DNA of 64,000 nt. It comes from Mobula birostris. Lineage: Eukaryota. Position numbers and translations under genes: made by a program. How positions within the stretch are numbered: the first letter of the stretch is position 1; every line of letters starts with the position of its first letter. Of the stretch, positions 49,746 through 61,740 are shown piece by piece. The stretch covers positions 14,318,782-14,382,781 of the forward strand of contig NC_092377.1 in NCBI RefSeq assembly GCF_030028105.1, written 5' to 3'. The notes beneath the pieces are model-generated. The model made no database searches. It was not told where the DNA came from and was given only the letters and a program-made list of their open reading frames with translations.

Positions 49746-50739
49746 ATGGAACTAGCTTGGATAGCCATCCGGGTACCAGTGGACGAGGTAGGCTGAAGTT
49801 GTGCCTCTGGGCTCTATAACTATACAACCTCACCAGGTATCTTGCTCAATGTTCCTCAACCGTCAGGTTATTGAACACTCATTTAAGGACCCTGTTATAT
49901 TGTTATTTAATGCTCGTTATTTATTGCTATTTATTTATATCTGCATTTACACAGTTTCTTTACAATTAACAGTTCCTGATGTTTACAGTTTACAGTTACT
50001 GTTCTATAAGTTTGCTAAGTATGCCCACAGAAAGAGAAAAAGATTCTCAGGCTTGTATGTGGAGACATATAAGTACTCTGATAATAAATTTTACTTTGAA
50101 CTTTGGCATAAGCATTCATGATGGTCCGGCCCTTTTTTCCCTGAGCTTTTCTACCACTGACTGGGAGCATGTCAGCGGTGTGAGTGTGTGAGTAGGAGTA
50201 GGCCATTCAGCCCTGCTAGCTTGCCTTCAAAGTTCAGAGTAAGTTCATTATCGAAGTACATATACATCACCATATACAGCCTTGAGAATCATTTTGCCAT
50301 GATCACGGCTGATCTAAACCTTTTCTACTTTCCTGCCTAGTCATGATATCCCCTGCAGCTCTGACAGTCCAGAGATCTAAGGGGCTGGTTTTTCATGCAG
50401 TAGTATAGCAGTTGGCACGGTACCTGTGACGCTGGTTCAATTCTTCCACTGGCTGTGAGGAGTTTATATGTTCCCCCTGCCACCGCATGGTATTTTATTT
50501 CCTGGGTGCTCTGGCTTTCTTCCACAGTCCTAAGCCCTACAGGTTAGGTTAATTGGTCACATGGGTGGTATTTGGGCTGGCGTAGGCAGTTTAGGCCAGA
50601 AGGGCCTGTTACCATACTGTATCTCTAAATAAATAAAATTAAACTTCATATGAAAATACATTCTTCAAAGGATGGTGAAGATCTGGCATGAACTGCTGGA
50701 GGAGGTAATGGAAGCAGATACAATTACATTTAAAAGATA

Positions 50740-52905
50740 GAAATCATAGAAAACCTACAGCACAATACAGGCCCTTCGGCCCACAAAGCTGTGCTGAACA
50801 TGTCCTTACTTGAGAAATTACCTAGGGTTAACCATAGCCCTCTATTTTTCTAAGCTCCATGTACCTATCCAGGAGTCTCTTAAAAGACCCTATCGTATTT
50901 GCCTCCACCACCGTTGCCGGCAGCCCATTCCATGCACTCACCACTCTGCATAAAAAACCTACCCCTCACATCTCCTCTGTACCTGCTTCCAAGCACCTTA
51001 AAACTGCGCCCTCTCATGTCAGCCATTTTAGCCCTGGGAAAAAGCCTCTGACTATCCACACAATCAATGCCTGTCATCATCTTATACACCTCTATCAGGT
51101 CACCCCTCATCCTCCGCCGCTCCAAGGAGAAAAGGCAGAGTTCACTCAACCTATTCTCATAAGGCATGCTCCCCAATCCAGGCAACATCCTTGTAAATCT
51201 CCTCTGCACCCTTTCTATAATTTCCAAGAAGAGGTACAGTTGACGTTTCTTGTGTGTCGCTTGAAATTCCAGCATCTGCAGGTTTCCTCGTGTTTGCGTT
51301 CTATAATTTCCACATCTTTCCTGTAGTGAGGTGACCAGAACTGAGCTTAGTACTCCAAATGGGGTCTGACCAGGGTGCTATATAGCTGTAACATTAACTT
51401 TTGGCTCTTAAACTCAATCCCACGGTTGATGAAGGCCAATGCACCATATGTGTTCCTAACCACAGAATCAACCTGCGCAGCTATGGACTTGGACCCGAAG
51501 ATCCCTCTGATCCGCCACACTGCCAAGAGTCTTACCATTAATACTATATTCTGCCATCATATTTGACCTACCAAAATGAACCACCTCACACTTATCTGGG
51601 TTGATCTCCATCTGCCCCTTCTCAGCCCTGTTTTACATCCTATCGATGTCCCGCTGTAACCTCTGACAGCCTTCCACACAACCCACAACACCCCCAACCT
51701 TTGTGTCATCAGCAAATTTACTAACCCATCCCTCCACTTCCTCATCCAGGTCATTTATAAAAATCACAATGAGAAGGGGTCCCAGAACAGATCCCTGAAT
51801 CACCAACCTCCATGCAGAATATGACCCGTCTACAACCACTCTTTGCCTTCTGTGGGCAAGCCAATTCTGGATCCACAAAGCAAGGTCCCCTTGGATCCCA
51901 TGCCTCCTTACTTTCTCAATAAGCCTTGCATGGGGTACTTTATCAAATACCTTGCTGAAATCCATATACACTACATCTATTGGTCTACCTTCATCAATGT
52001 GTTTAGTCACATCCTCAAAAAATTCAATCAGGCTCGTAAGGCACAAACTGCCTTTGACAAAGCCATGCTGACTATTCCTAATCATATTATGCTTCTCCAA
52101 ATGATCATAAATCCTGCCTCTCAGGATCTTTTCCATCAAATTACCAACCACTGAGGTAAGACTCACTAGTCTATAATTTCCTGGGCTATCTCTACTCCCT
52201 TTCTTGAATAAGGGAACAACATCTGCAAACCTCTAATCCACCGGAACCTCTCCCGCCCCCATTGATGATGCAAAGATCATCGCCAGAGGCTCAGCAATCT
52301 CCTCCCTCGCCTCCCACAGTAGCCTGAGGTATTTCTCCTCCGGTTCTGGAGACTTAAAACAATTTGATGCTTTCCAAAAGCTCCAGCACATCCTCTTTCT
52401 TAATGTCTATATGCTCAAGCTTTTCAATCTGCTGTAAGTCATCCCTACAATCAGCAAGATCCCTTCTCTATCACCTGCCAATCTTCCCTCTTGCACTGTC
52501 TCCAAGCTTTCTCTTTTCTCTAACCATCCCTTCCTCCATCTCTTCAGTTCGGTTCCCCAGCAATTCTACTTTAAACTCTCCCCAATAGCCTTACCAAACC
52601 TCCCTACCAGGATATTGGTCCCCCTCAGATTCAGGTGCAACCTGTCCTTTTTGTACAGGTCATGCCTTCCCCAAAGGAGGTCTCAAGGATCCAAAAATCT
52701 GAATCCCTTCCCCCTGCTCCAATCCTTCAGCCACGCATTTATCCTCCACCTCATTCTATTCCTATACTGTACTCACTGTCGCATGGCACAGGCAGTAATC
52801 CCAAGATTACTACCTTTGAGGTCCTGCTTCTCAACTTCCTTCCTAGCTCCCTGTTTTCAGGACCTCCTCCCTATGTCGTTGGTAGCAATATGTACCACGA
52901 CATCT
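50740..52905 (-). mobile_element. CR1 LINE, internally deleted
   Basis: SLTSVVGNLMEKIL, SQHGFVKG, YMDFSKVFDKVPH, QGSVLGP, KFADDTK and LVRPHLEY; ttctatg tail near 50740. Confidence 0.9.
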
Positions 52906-54549
52906 GGCTGTTATTTGGACAAGTACTAAAATGAGAAAGGCCTAATTGCCGTTAGATTTCCAGTGTACTAAATAATCTTTTGATCTCAGTCTCTGAGTTA
53001 CCGTTTACTGAGCTCCTGGGAAAGAGACTGCTGAAGATTCATCATGCTCTGAGCATTGATTGTAGTTAAAGTGAAATAGATTCTGCTGCTGGTCTTCCGT
53101 GCTTGACAGATAGACATCTCTATTTAACTGGACCGGCTCCTCCCAAGTACACGTTGTGCATTCAGATGAGTTTCAGTTGTTGGAAGCTGAAGGTTAATGA
53201 GCCACCTTTAACATTTCAATGCCTAATACGTAAAGAGCATTTAATGGTTCTGGGCCTGTATTCATTGGAGATTCGAAGAACGAGTGGGTCTCATTGAAAC
53301 CTGTCGAATATTGAAAGGTCTTGATAGAGTGGATGTGGAGAAGATGCTTCCCATCATGCAGGAGTTTAGGACCAGAGAGTGTCCCTTTAGAACATAGATG
53401 AGGAGGAATTTATTTAGCCAGAGTATGCAGAATCAGTGGAATTCATTGCTACAGATGGCCATAGAAGCCAGTTCATTGGTTATATTTAAATTGGAGGTTG
53501 ATAGGTTATTGATGAGTAAAAGCATCAAAGATTACGGTAAGAGAATGGGATTGAGATGGATAATAAATCTCGATGGGCTGAGTGGCCTAATTCTGTTCCT
53601 ATGTCTTATGGTCTTTCAGCTGGGAACCTGTTTTTATCACAACTTTGGTACAATATTTCTAAAAATTATTCAAGCTAAGCTCCCAAAGTTTCCTAAAAGT
53701 TTTACAGCTTTTGTGTACTGGGAGACTAATTAGTAATTAATAAAATTTGCACAGCAAATTTGGTCTGATTAGCATAATTAATTAATTTATTTGTTGTCCC
53801 TAATGGGATCAGTTATTCTGTTCCATAAAAATAAGGCTCCCATTTTTTGATGTTCCAACAGAGCTAATTAACTCTATTTGCATATTTAGATGTGGGTGCT
53901 GTACTACAGCCTATTAATGTGTTTTTTCGCTAATGGACTGATGATTTATAGCCTTTGGATTCTGCAAGCATGGTCCTGGGTTATTACTGAGGTAACGACG
54001 AGGACTTTTCGGAGAGATTGTCCCCAGAGTGGTGGGGTGATCAGGGCGGAACAGGCGTTGTATGAACAGTGTGTGACCACAATGGTGCACGAAAGGCAGT
54101 GGAGTTCTGTCTCTCTCTCCACGTCCCCTGACACTTCTACAGAAAAAGTAGAAGTCTCTCAATAGTATCGAGGGGTCTCTGCTTCCATAGGAGCGGCAGG
54201 GAACAGGGAGCAGAGAATATGGCACTATATACAGATTAGTCACCAAGCCCTTAGGGCCTTCATGTCTGGAAGGGGCAATTGTGACTCCTTTTTGGCTCAG
54301 AGGGTGTGCTGCACAACGTTACTCACACCGGGTTTACACTTCACTGAATGAATTGGAAAGATCTATTGGTACTGAGAGTGCTCACTGAGTTCAAGATTTT
54401 AGAGCTGCTTGTTTAACCTGGAGAATCTGATGATTTATGAAAATTTTGGGTTTTTGGTGAAGTATTAGTGAGCTATGGGCTAAGAGGGCTAAGCACAGCT
54501 CCATCTCCTCCTTCTGTTCTCCGAGCCTGTCACATAACACCAGTGACAG

Positions 54550-54830
54550 AGGTTAGGGTCTGTTGGTCAAATTTGCCTCAGATTAGGGTCCGTTGATCAA
54601 GTTGCACGTAGGCCAAAATGGCCTCAGGTTGGGGTCCATTGCTCAGTTAGGCACGCTGGGGTCTATTGGATTGGGGCCTTTTGGTCAATTAGGTCTCAGA
54701 ATTTGGTCTTTTGGTCAATTAGGAATCAGACTGGTGTCTGTTGGTCAAACCAGCCTTGGGGTGTGCTCTTTTGGTCAAATTTGCCTCAGAATGGGGTCTG
54801 TTGACCAAATGGGACTCAGGCCAACTTATG
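54550..54830. repeat. Degenerate ~30-bp minisatellite (~9 units)
   Basis: Consensus approximately ggggtctgttggtcaaatt(ag)gcctcagatt; ttggtcaa recurs at 54681, 54711, 54741 and 54771. Confidence 0.75.
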
Positions 54831-56863
54831 ATTGGACTTAAAACCAGAAAATGTTGGAAGCACTCAGCAGGTCAGCCTTTGGGAAAGCAAAATGATCTAA
54901 CTTTTCAGGTCAGGAATCCTTTGTCGGAACGATTGATGTTCCTGGGTGTGAAAATGTTGAAATGTTGGTAAAATTCTGGTAGAATGTTCCCTGCCGCATC
55001 TCAAGCATGTAATTCCAGACCTACCCTTCCCATCCATTAGGTGACGTGAATAGCCTTTGTGCTGCAAAACCAACACCCATTGTTCTCTTGTCTTTTTGTT
55101 CCCTTGAGCCTACCTGTGGTCCCCCCGGAAGGTAAGCCTGGTGAACCCCATAAGCTTTGCTTCCACGGGCTCCCTCCACAGATGCTGCCTGACCTGCTGG
55201 GCATTTCCAGCAAGTTCCATGTTTATTTCTTATTTCATGGAGGTCGGTGGTCCTTTCAATCACAGCAGGTCAGCCCTGAAGGAAGAGGGGAGGTGGTGAC
55301 ACACTTACAGAAATGAATGGGCCCTGGAAAGAACGGAGGAACAGAGGGATGTTGGTGTATAGGTTCAAGCAGCTCTGGAGGTGACAGCACAGGTAGATAA
55401 AGAGATGAAGAAGGCAAGATGCTCATTAGACAAAGGAGATTCTGGACTTCTTCAGCAACACCCACAGAGTGATGGAGGAGCTCAACAGGTCAGGCAGCAT
55501 CTATGGAGGGGAAGAAACAGGCAACGGTTCAGGCCCAGACCCCTCATCAGAACACATAATGTCCTAATTAATGACCTGTGGCTCAAAATGGCGACCATTT
55601 ATTTCCCTTCATAGATGTTGCCTGACCTGCTGAGTTCCTCCACCATTTTGTGGGTGTTGCTTCAGTTTATTAGCTAGTTCATAGAAGATGAAAGCAGGCG
55701 GGTTATGGTGCAACTTTTAACATTGGTTTTGTCCCAGAGTTCAATTGTGCAGGTCAGGGACCCACACTATAGGAAGGACTTGATTGCACTAGACAGGGTA
55801 CAGGGGAGCTTCACCAGGATATTGCCTGGGATAGAGCAATTCAGTCATGAGGGGAGACTAGGTAGGCTGAATTTGTTTTACCTGGAGCAAAGGAGGCTAA
55901 GGTGGGGACTAGACTGAGGTATACACAGTAATTGTTTTAATTTATTGAGATACAGTATGGAGTAGGCCCTTCCAGCCCTTCAAGCTGAGCCGTCCAACAT
56001 CTCCCAGTTTAACCCTAGCCTAATCATAGGTCAATGTACAATTACCAATTAACCTACCGACTGGTACGTCTGTGGGAGGAAACCGGAGCACCCGGAGAAA
56101 ACCCATATGGTCACAGGGAGAGCTTGCAAACTCCTTACAGGCAGCGAGCGGCAGGGATTAAGCCTGGGTCAATGGGACTGTAAGGCGCTGTGCTAACCAC
56201 CACACTACCCTGCCACCCTCTGAAGGGTAAAGATGGGGTAAATGGGAGACTTTTCCCCATCTCCAATACTAGAGAACATGGGTTTAGGATAAAGAGTAAA
56301 AAGTCTAGAACATCAGACATTACAGCACAGGAACCATGTTGTGCCAAGCTAATTTAACGGGATAGGAAGAAGGCCCATTTTCACCCTGTGTTCGGTTGGG
56401 ATCCAGAATGCACTACCCAGGAAGGTGGAGGGGTCAGTGACTCTCTCAACATGTATAGCAAAGAGTCGAATTGCCAAGCAACTGAGGGCTACAGAGCAAG
56501 CGCTGGTAAATGGGATGGTGTAGATTGGTTGCCATGGAAACAGCGAGGCAAGGGGGCCTGAATCTGTGCTGTTGACTTGGTGTTTGCAAGTGTCCATTGT
56601 GCAGGTGCCCCCCCCCCCCCCCCAGCTTGAGACAACACTGCTGCAGCACTGTTGCATGGTGAAGATGGGCATGGCAGTGGCCAAGGCACCGGTGCATGCA
56701 GGAGCAGCCACTTCCATTGCGCTGACACCATTGCATTAGGCAGCCTGCAGCTCTTTTCCTCCCGGCTGCAAAGCATGACGCACGCGCTACTCACGGAGAC
56801 CCAGCGGACAGCTGTGCAGACCTGAGGCAGCACATCACTGTTGTCCCTCTCTTCTGTTTCCAG

Positions 56864-57060
56864 GATCCCAGAGACGGCGCCTCCTGCCCGGCCCGTCGTC
56901 TGAGGCCGCGCCTATTGCCAGGAAACCAGCCGGCAGCTCCGGCCTGCGCTGGGTGGACCTCCGGCCTGTGCAGAGGGGGATGGCTGAGCCCTTCGAGATC
57001 AAGGTCTATGAGATAGATGACGTGGAGCGGCTGCAGAGGAGGAGGGCGGCCGATAACAAG
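56864..57060 (+). CDS. KIF26B: KIF26B exon (C-terminal tail)
   Basis: Acceptor ctgtttccag|GA and donor AAG|gtttgt. Reads (G)SQRRRLLPG...[13 protein letters not shown]...[20 protein letters not shown]; phase 1 in, phase 0 out. Not listed in the ORF track. Confidence 0.95.
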
Positions 57061-57961
57061 GTTTGTAGATTTTCTTCACTCTTTCTACTCACTGCTCCAT
57101 CACCGTCAACATGTCTAACCTGAACATGACATTCAAACAGCAACTGGTCGTAGTGTACAGAATTGGGGGAGGGAAGGTGGAATTGGGACCAACTGAATTG
57201 TTAATGTAAAGGGAAACTGGTCTCGGAATATGTAGTAACCTTTCTGAGAGCACCACTAGCTTCACCCAGCACTCAGTATGTTAACACCAAATCAGTTGCA
57301 GTCTATTTAAGCCTTAAGGCACAATAGCAGAATTAGGCCTTTTGTCCATTGAGTCTGCTCCACCATTCCATCATGGCTAATTTATTTTCCCACTCAACCC
57401 GATTCTCCTGCCTTCTCCCCATAAGCATCGACACACTTATAATAATCAAAAACATATCAACCCCCACTTTAAACATACACCATGGACTCGGCCTACGCAG
57501 CTGTCTGTGGCAATGAATTCCACAGGTCCACCAGCCTTTGGTTAAAGCAATTCCTCCTCATCTTTGTTCTAAAGGGATGTCCTTCTATTCTGGGTTGTGC
57601 CCTCTGGTCCTAGACCCTCCCTCCCGTCCAATATAGGAAGTATCCTCTCCACATTCACTCTGTCTAGGCTTTTCGGTATTTGGTAGGTTTTAGTGAGATC
57701 CCCCTCATTCTTCTAAGCTCCAGTGAGTACAGGCCCAGAGCCATCAAACACCAGTCTCACTCTGTTCAGCGCTCTCTATGTCATGGGAGTAATGCAACAG
57801 AGAGTCTGGATGGGGAAGGGCAAAAGTTGTCGTTGGTATCATGTCCTTGTTGAGTCATAAGGGGTAAGTTTTATGGAGAGACTGGGCACTCAGTCAGCTG
57901 GAAGTCATGGCCTTTGAGACGTGGAGAGGGAGCTCTAAGACCGGCTGTTTTTCACTTCCAG

Positions 57962-58118
57962 CTGCGGGGATTTATCTGTTTCAACGCAAAGCTGAAGATA
58001 CCCGAGAACCGGCAGCAGAGGATTTCAGAGGTCAAAACCAAATACAACGTGTTGATGCAGGAGCTGGAGGCAACCAAACAGCGGCTGATGTTGGAGCCCA
58101 GTAAATGGATCAGTGAGT
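57962..58118 (+). CDS. KIF26B: KIF26B penultimate exon
   Basis: Acceptor cacttccag|CTG and donor GAGT|gtgagt. Reads [52 protein letters not shown]; phase 1 out. Confidence 0.92.
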
Positions 58119-58515
58119 GTGAGTACCCTGCTGGTGTGTCAGCCGAGCACCGTTGGCAGGGGTGAGAATGGGTCAGTGAGTGTGAATACCCTGCTGGTGT
58201 GTCAGCCGAGCACCGTTGGCAGGGGTGAGAATGGGTCAGTGAGTGTGAGTACCCTGCTGGTGTGTCAGCCGAGCACCGTTGGCAGGGGTGAGAATGGGTC
58301 AGTGAGTGTGAGTACCCTGCTGGTGTGTCAGCCGAGCACCGTTGGCAGGGGTGAGAATGGGTCAGTGAGTGTGAGTACCCTGCTGGTGTGTCAGCCGAGC
58401 ACCGTCGGCAGGGGTGAGAATGCTGGAGCCCGGTAGATGGGTCAGTGAGGGTAACTACCCTGCTGGTGTGTCAGCCGGGCAAGTTCCCACCGTCGGCAGG
58501 GCTCAGAATGCTGGA
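58105..58515 (+). repeat. 63-bp minisatellite spanning the exon/intron boundary (5 near-identical units plus a diverged longer unit)
   Basis: Unit atgggtcagtgagtgtgagtaccctgctggtgtgtcagccgagcaccgttggcaggggtgaga, period 63. Confidence 0.95.
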
Positions 58516-58602
58516 ACCAGAAAAGAACAAGTGTATGGACAGGAAACACATGCACACATGCAACACACACTGTCACCAACATCCAATACACACATAGTCC
58601 AG

Positions 58603-58638
<36 letters not shown>

Positions 58639-58889
58639 ATCAAGGAAATGTACCAGCATCCAAAGAATTACACCTCGTCAGATATCTCCCTCATCTATGT
58701 CCTCATCCAACCTTTACTGAATGCTACAACTGAACCCATAGCTACCACTTTTGCTGGCAGTTCATCCCACACTCTCAAAATAAGCTGGAAAATTATAAAC
58801 CAGTTAGCCTGACATCAGGGGTGTTAAAGGGGACGTGAGGGTTAAGTATTTTACATAGAGAGTAATTATCTAGAAGGTGCTGCCAGTGA

Positions 58890-59405
58890 AATCAGGTACA
58901 ATTACTGGCTGTATCACCAAAGCCATTGAATGGAAAGTGTCGTGGATACAGCCCAGACCATCACGGGTAAAGCCATCTCCCCCATTGAGCACATCTACAC
59001 AGAGCATTGTCGCAGAAAAGCAGCATCCACCATCACGGATCCCCAACACCAGGTTCGGGAACAGTAACTACCCCTTAGCCATCAGGCTCCTGAACCCTTG
59101 GGGATAATTTCACTTGCCCCATCACTGAAATGTTCCCACAACCTATGGACTCACTTTCAAGGACTCTTCATCTCATGTTCTTAATACTTATTGTTTATTT
59201 ATTTATTATAATTTCTGGTTTTTGAATTTACACAGTTTGTTGTCTTTTGCACATTGGTTGAACACCAGTCAGTGTGGTCTTGCATTGATTATATTATGGT
59301 TATTATTCTATGATGAATTTATTGAGAATCCCTACAAGAAAACAAATCCCAGGGTTATATATGGTGACATACATGTACCTTGACAATAAATTTACTTTGA
59401 ACTTT
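58890..59405 (+). mobile_element. Rex/Babar-like LINE 3' fragment
   Basis: gtggatacagcccag...cagaaaagcagcatcc...ccatcaggctcctgaacc; aataaatttactttgaacttt tail. Confidence 0.7.
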
Positions 59406-59940
59406 AAGAGGCACTTAAGTAGGCATGGCATAGAAGTATATGGTTCTAATACAGGTGTATAGGATTGATATAGATGGGCTGAATGGCTGGCATGAAACTG
59501 GTGGGCTGAAGGGCCTGATTCTGTGTGGTACAACTCCATGCTCAGCATAGATAGGCTGGACAGCCAGCAACATTGTCCCAGGTTGCAAAGGCTAATGGCC
59601 AGAGGCCATCCTTTTATGGTGGGTGGAGGAGTTAAAGAGAGATGACGGAGGTAGATTTTCTCCACAGAGAGCCGTAAGTATGTGGAAGGCACTGCTGGAG
59701 GTGGCAGGAGGGGCAGATACACTAGCGTCACTTACGAGGCACAAGGATGTAGAAAAATGGAGGGTTATGAGCTATGTGTGAGGGAAGGGTTAAAAGGTTG
59801 GGCATTAATTATATCATGGACCAAAGTGCCCAGTACTGTGTTGCTCTGTGCTCTGTGACTCCAAGGAGTTCATGTTGAAGGTCGGTATGATGTCTGTATT
59901 TTTACATATTTTTGACCTGGTTGCCTGTCTCTCTTCCCAG

Positions 59941-60089
59941 TCGACCTGGACCAAGGGTTTGAGGTGGACTCACTGGAATACCTAGAAGCCCTGGAATGCG
60001 TCACGGAGCGACTGGAACACCGGGTCAACTTCTGCAAAGCTCACCTCATGATGATTACGTGTTTCGACATCGCCTGCGGAAGGCGTTAA
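59941..60089 (+). CDS. KIF26B: KIF26B last coding exon, to TAA stop
   Basis: Acceptor ctcttcccag|TC. Reads (F)[48 protein letters not shown], matching the recalled KIF26B terminus. Confidence 0.95.
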
Positions 60090-61484
60090 CGGATGGGGGA
60101 AGGTGTTGGGGGAGGGGGGGAGTTGTGACTGGCGAGCGAGTGCACGGACAGACCAGGAGGAAGGAAACAGAACCACCCAAAGAGAACAGGAAGACGACAA
60201 GCGGAAGTGCAAAGTGTGGAGCACGTATGTGAAGAGTTTTTTTTCCCCACAACAGAATGTAAAAAAAAGAGAGAAGAGAACCAGAGATGAATATTGGAGT
60301 GTGAGAATGTCTTTTCTTTCATCATATTGGGAGAGCACTTTCAGGAACATTGGTTATGTTGTATATATATGAAGGCCTTGCTCCAGTTCCCTTGTCTTCA
60401 GAGTGTGAGGATGGAAATGGAACGCAGGGCTGTCTCTGATGAGCTCAGAACAATATACAGAAGGACTACAAGTGCCTTGTAAACTTTATTATATTATCCA
60501 AAATCTTACACGGACTCATTATTGTACAGTCGTTGGTTGGTGATGCATATTTCACTGTACGATTATAGAGGCAGTATCCATTTTGTAGACCAAACTCAAA
60601 CCTACACACCATTCCTGTTTATATCCATTCTCACCAGAACAGGGAGGGTTATATAAAGAAAAATTTGACACAGGGTGGGAGGGGGAGAATGCTTGTGATA
60701 TCATGTTTTCTTCTGGGCCCGTGGCAGGTTATTTGGTAACGTTTTGAATCAAGTTTCATGGTACATTTTTTTATATAAAAATATGACTGATTGTTAAGGG
60801 TATTGTTGTGTGGATTTGAGTTTTGAAATCCAGTAGATTTTCAAATGAGCAAGAAATACAAGGGTAATGTTTCAGTAAAGGTTGAACTCAAAGGTTGTTT
60901 TGCTAGGTGTTTTAACTACTTGCTGTTTTTAAGTAATTTGTACCTATAGAGTAGGCCTGTAGTCAGGAAGCAGCACATTATTAACGTGACTGTCGTTTAC
61001 TAACAGTGAATGAGCCACTCGGAGGCACGGTGATGCCTCTCTGGCAGACTGATTCCTCCCCCAAGCCTCGGCGTAGAAATGAAACACATTAGATTTGAAA
61101 GCAGACGAGCTCTTCCCCCCTTATTGACTGTAGTCCATGGGATCATTGTAAATGCACTCCTGCACACATCACAACCAGAATGCCTTCTTACCTGGCCAGA
61201 CTCTGCAAATGCAGACCACGCATGTTTGTGAGGATTCTTGATTTCATGAGAACAGAATAATAAACCCCAGGGGCCTACTTGCCCCTCAATTTGCCCCCCT
61301 TTAACCAAAAAGCACAAAAATAGGCCCCATCCATGCCAACTAGCAGCATCCTAACTATATGAGTTCCTCTTCCCGAGCCAACTCTACCTTGGTGATCCAA
61401 CTGCTGGTCAAGCATTCTGCAAATATTTCTTCCCCAAACAATGCAGCCTTACCTGCAGCATAAAATCACCTCCTAGGCACAAGC

Positions 61485-61740
61485 AATTCTGCAGAGGCTG
61501 GATGTCTTGAGCAGCACACACTAAATGCCAAGGAACTCAGCAGGTCAGGCAGCATTTGTGGAGGGGAATAAGCAGTTGATGTTTCGAGCCAAGATCCTTC
61601 ATCAGGACCGGAAAGGGAAGGATGTTCTGAGATTTGTGAGCGATGAAGGGTCTCAGCCCAAAATGTCAGCTGGTTATTCCAACTCCATAGATGCTGACTG
61701 ACTTGCTGAGTTACTCCAAAATTTAGTATGTGTCACATAA
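61485..61740. mobile_element. Inverted pair of Penelope-derived repeats in the putative 3' UTR
   Basis: gaactcagcaggtcaggcagcat...cttcatcagga followed by the reverse-complement copy gatgaagggtctcagccc...gctgagttactcc. Confidence 0.7.

Noticed and set aside
58113-58436. 63-bp array as a CRISPR array or a 21-aa repeat protein
   Set aside because: Eukaryotic context, no unique spacers and no cas genes; the ORF arises because the unit length is a multiple of 3.
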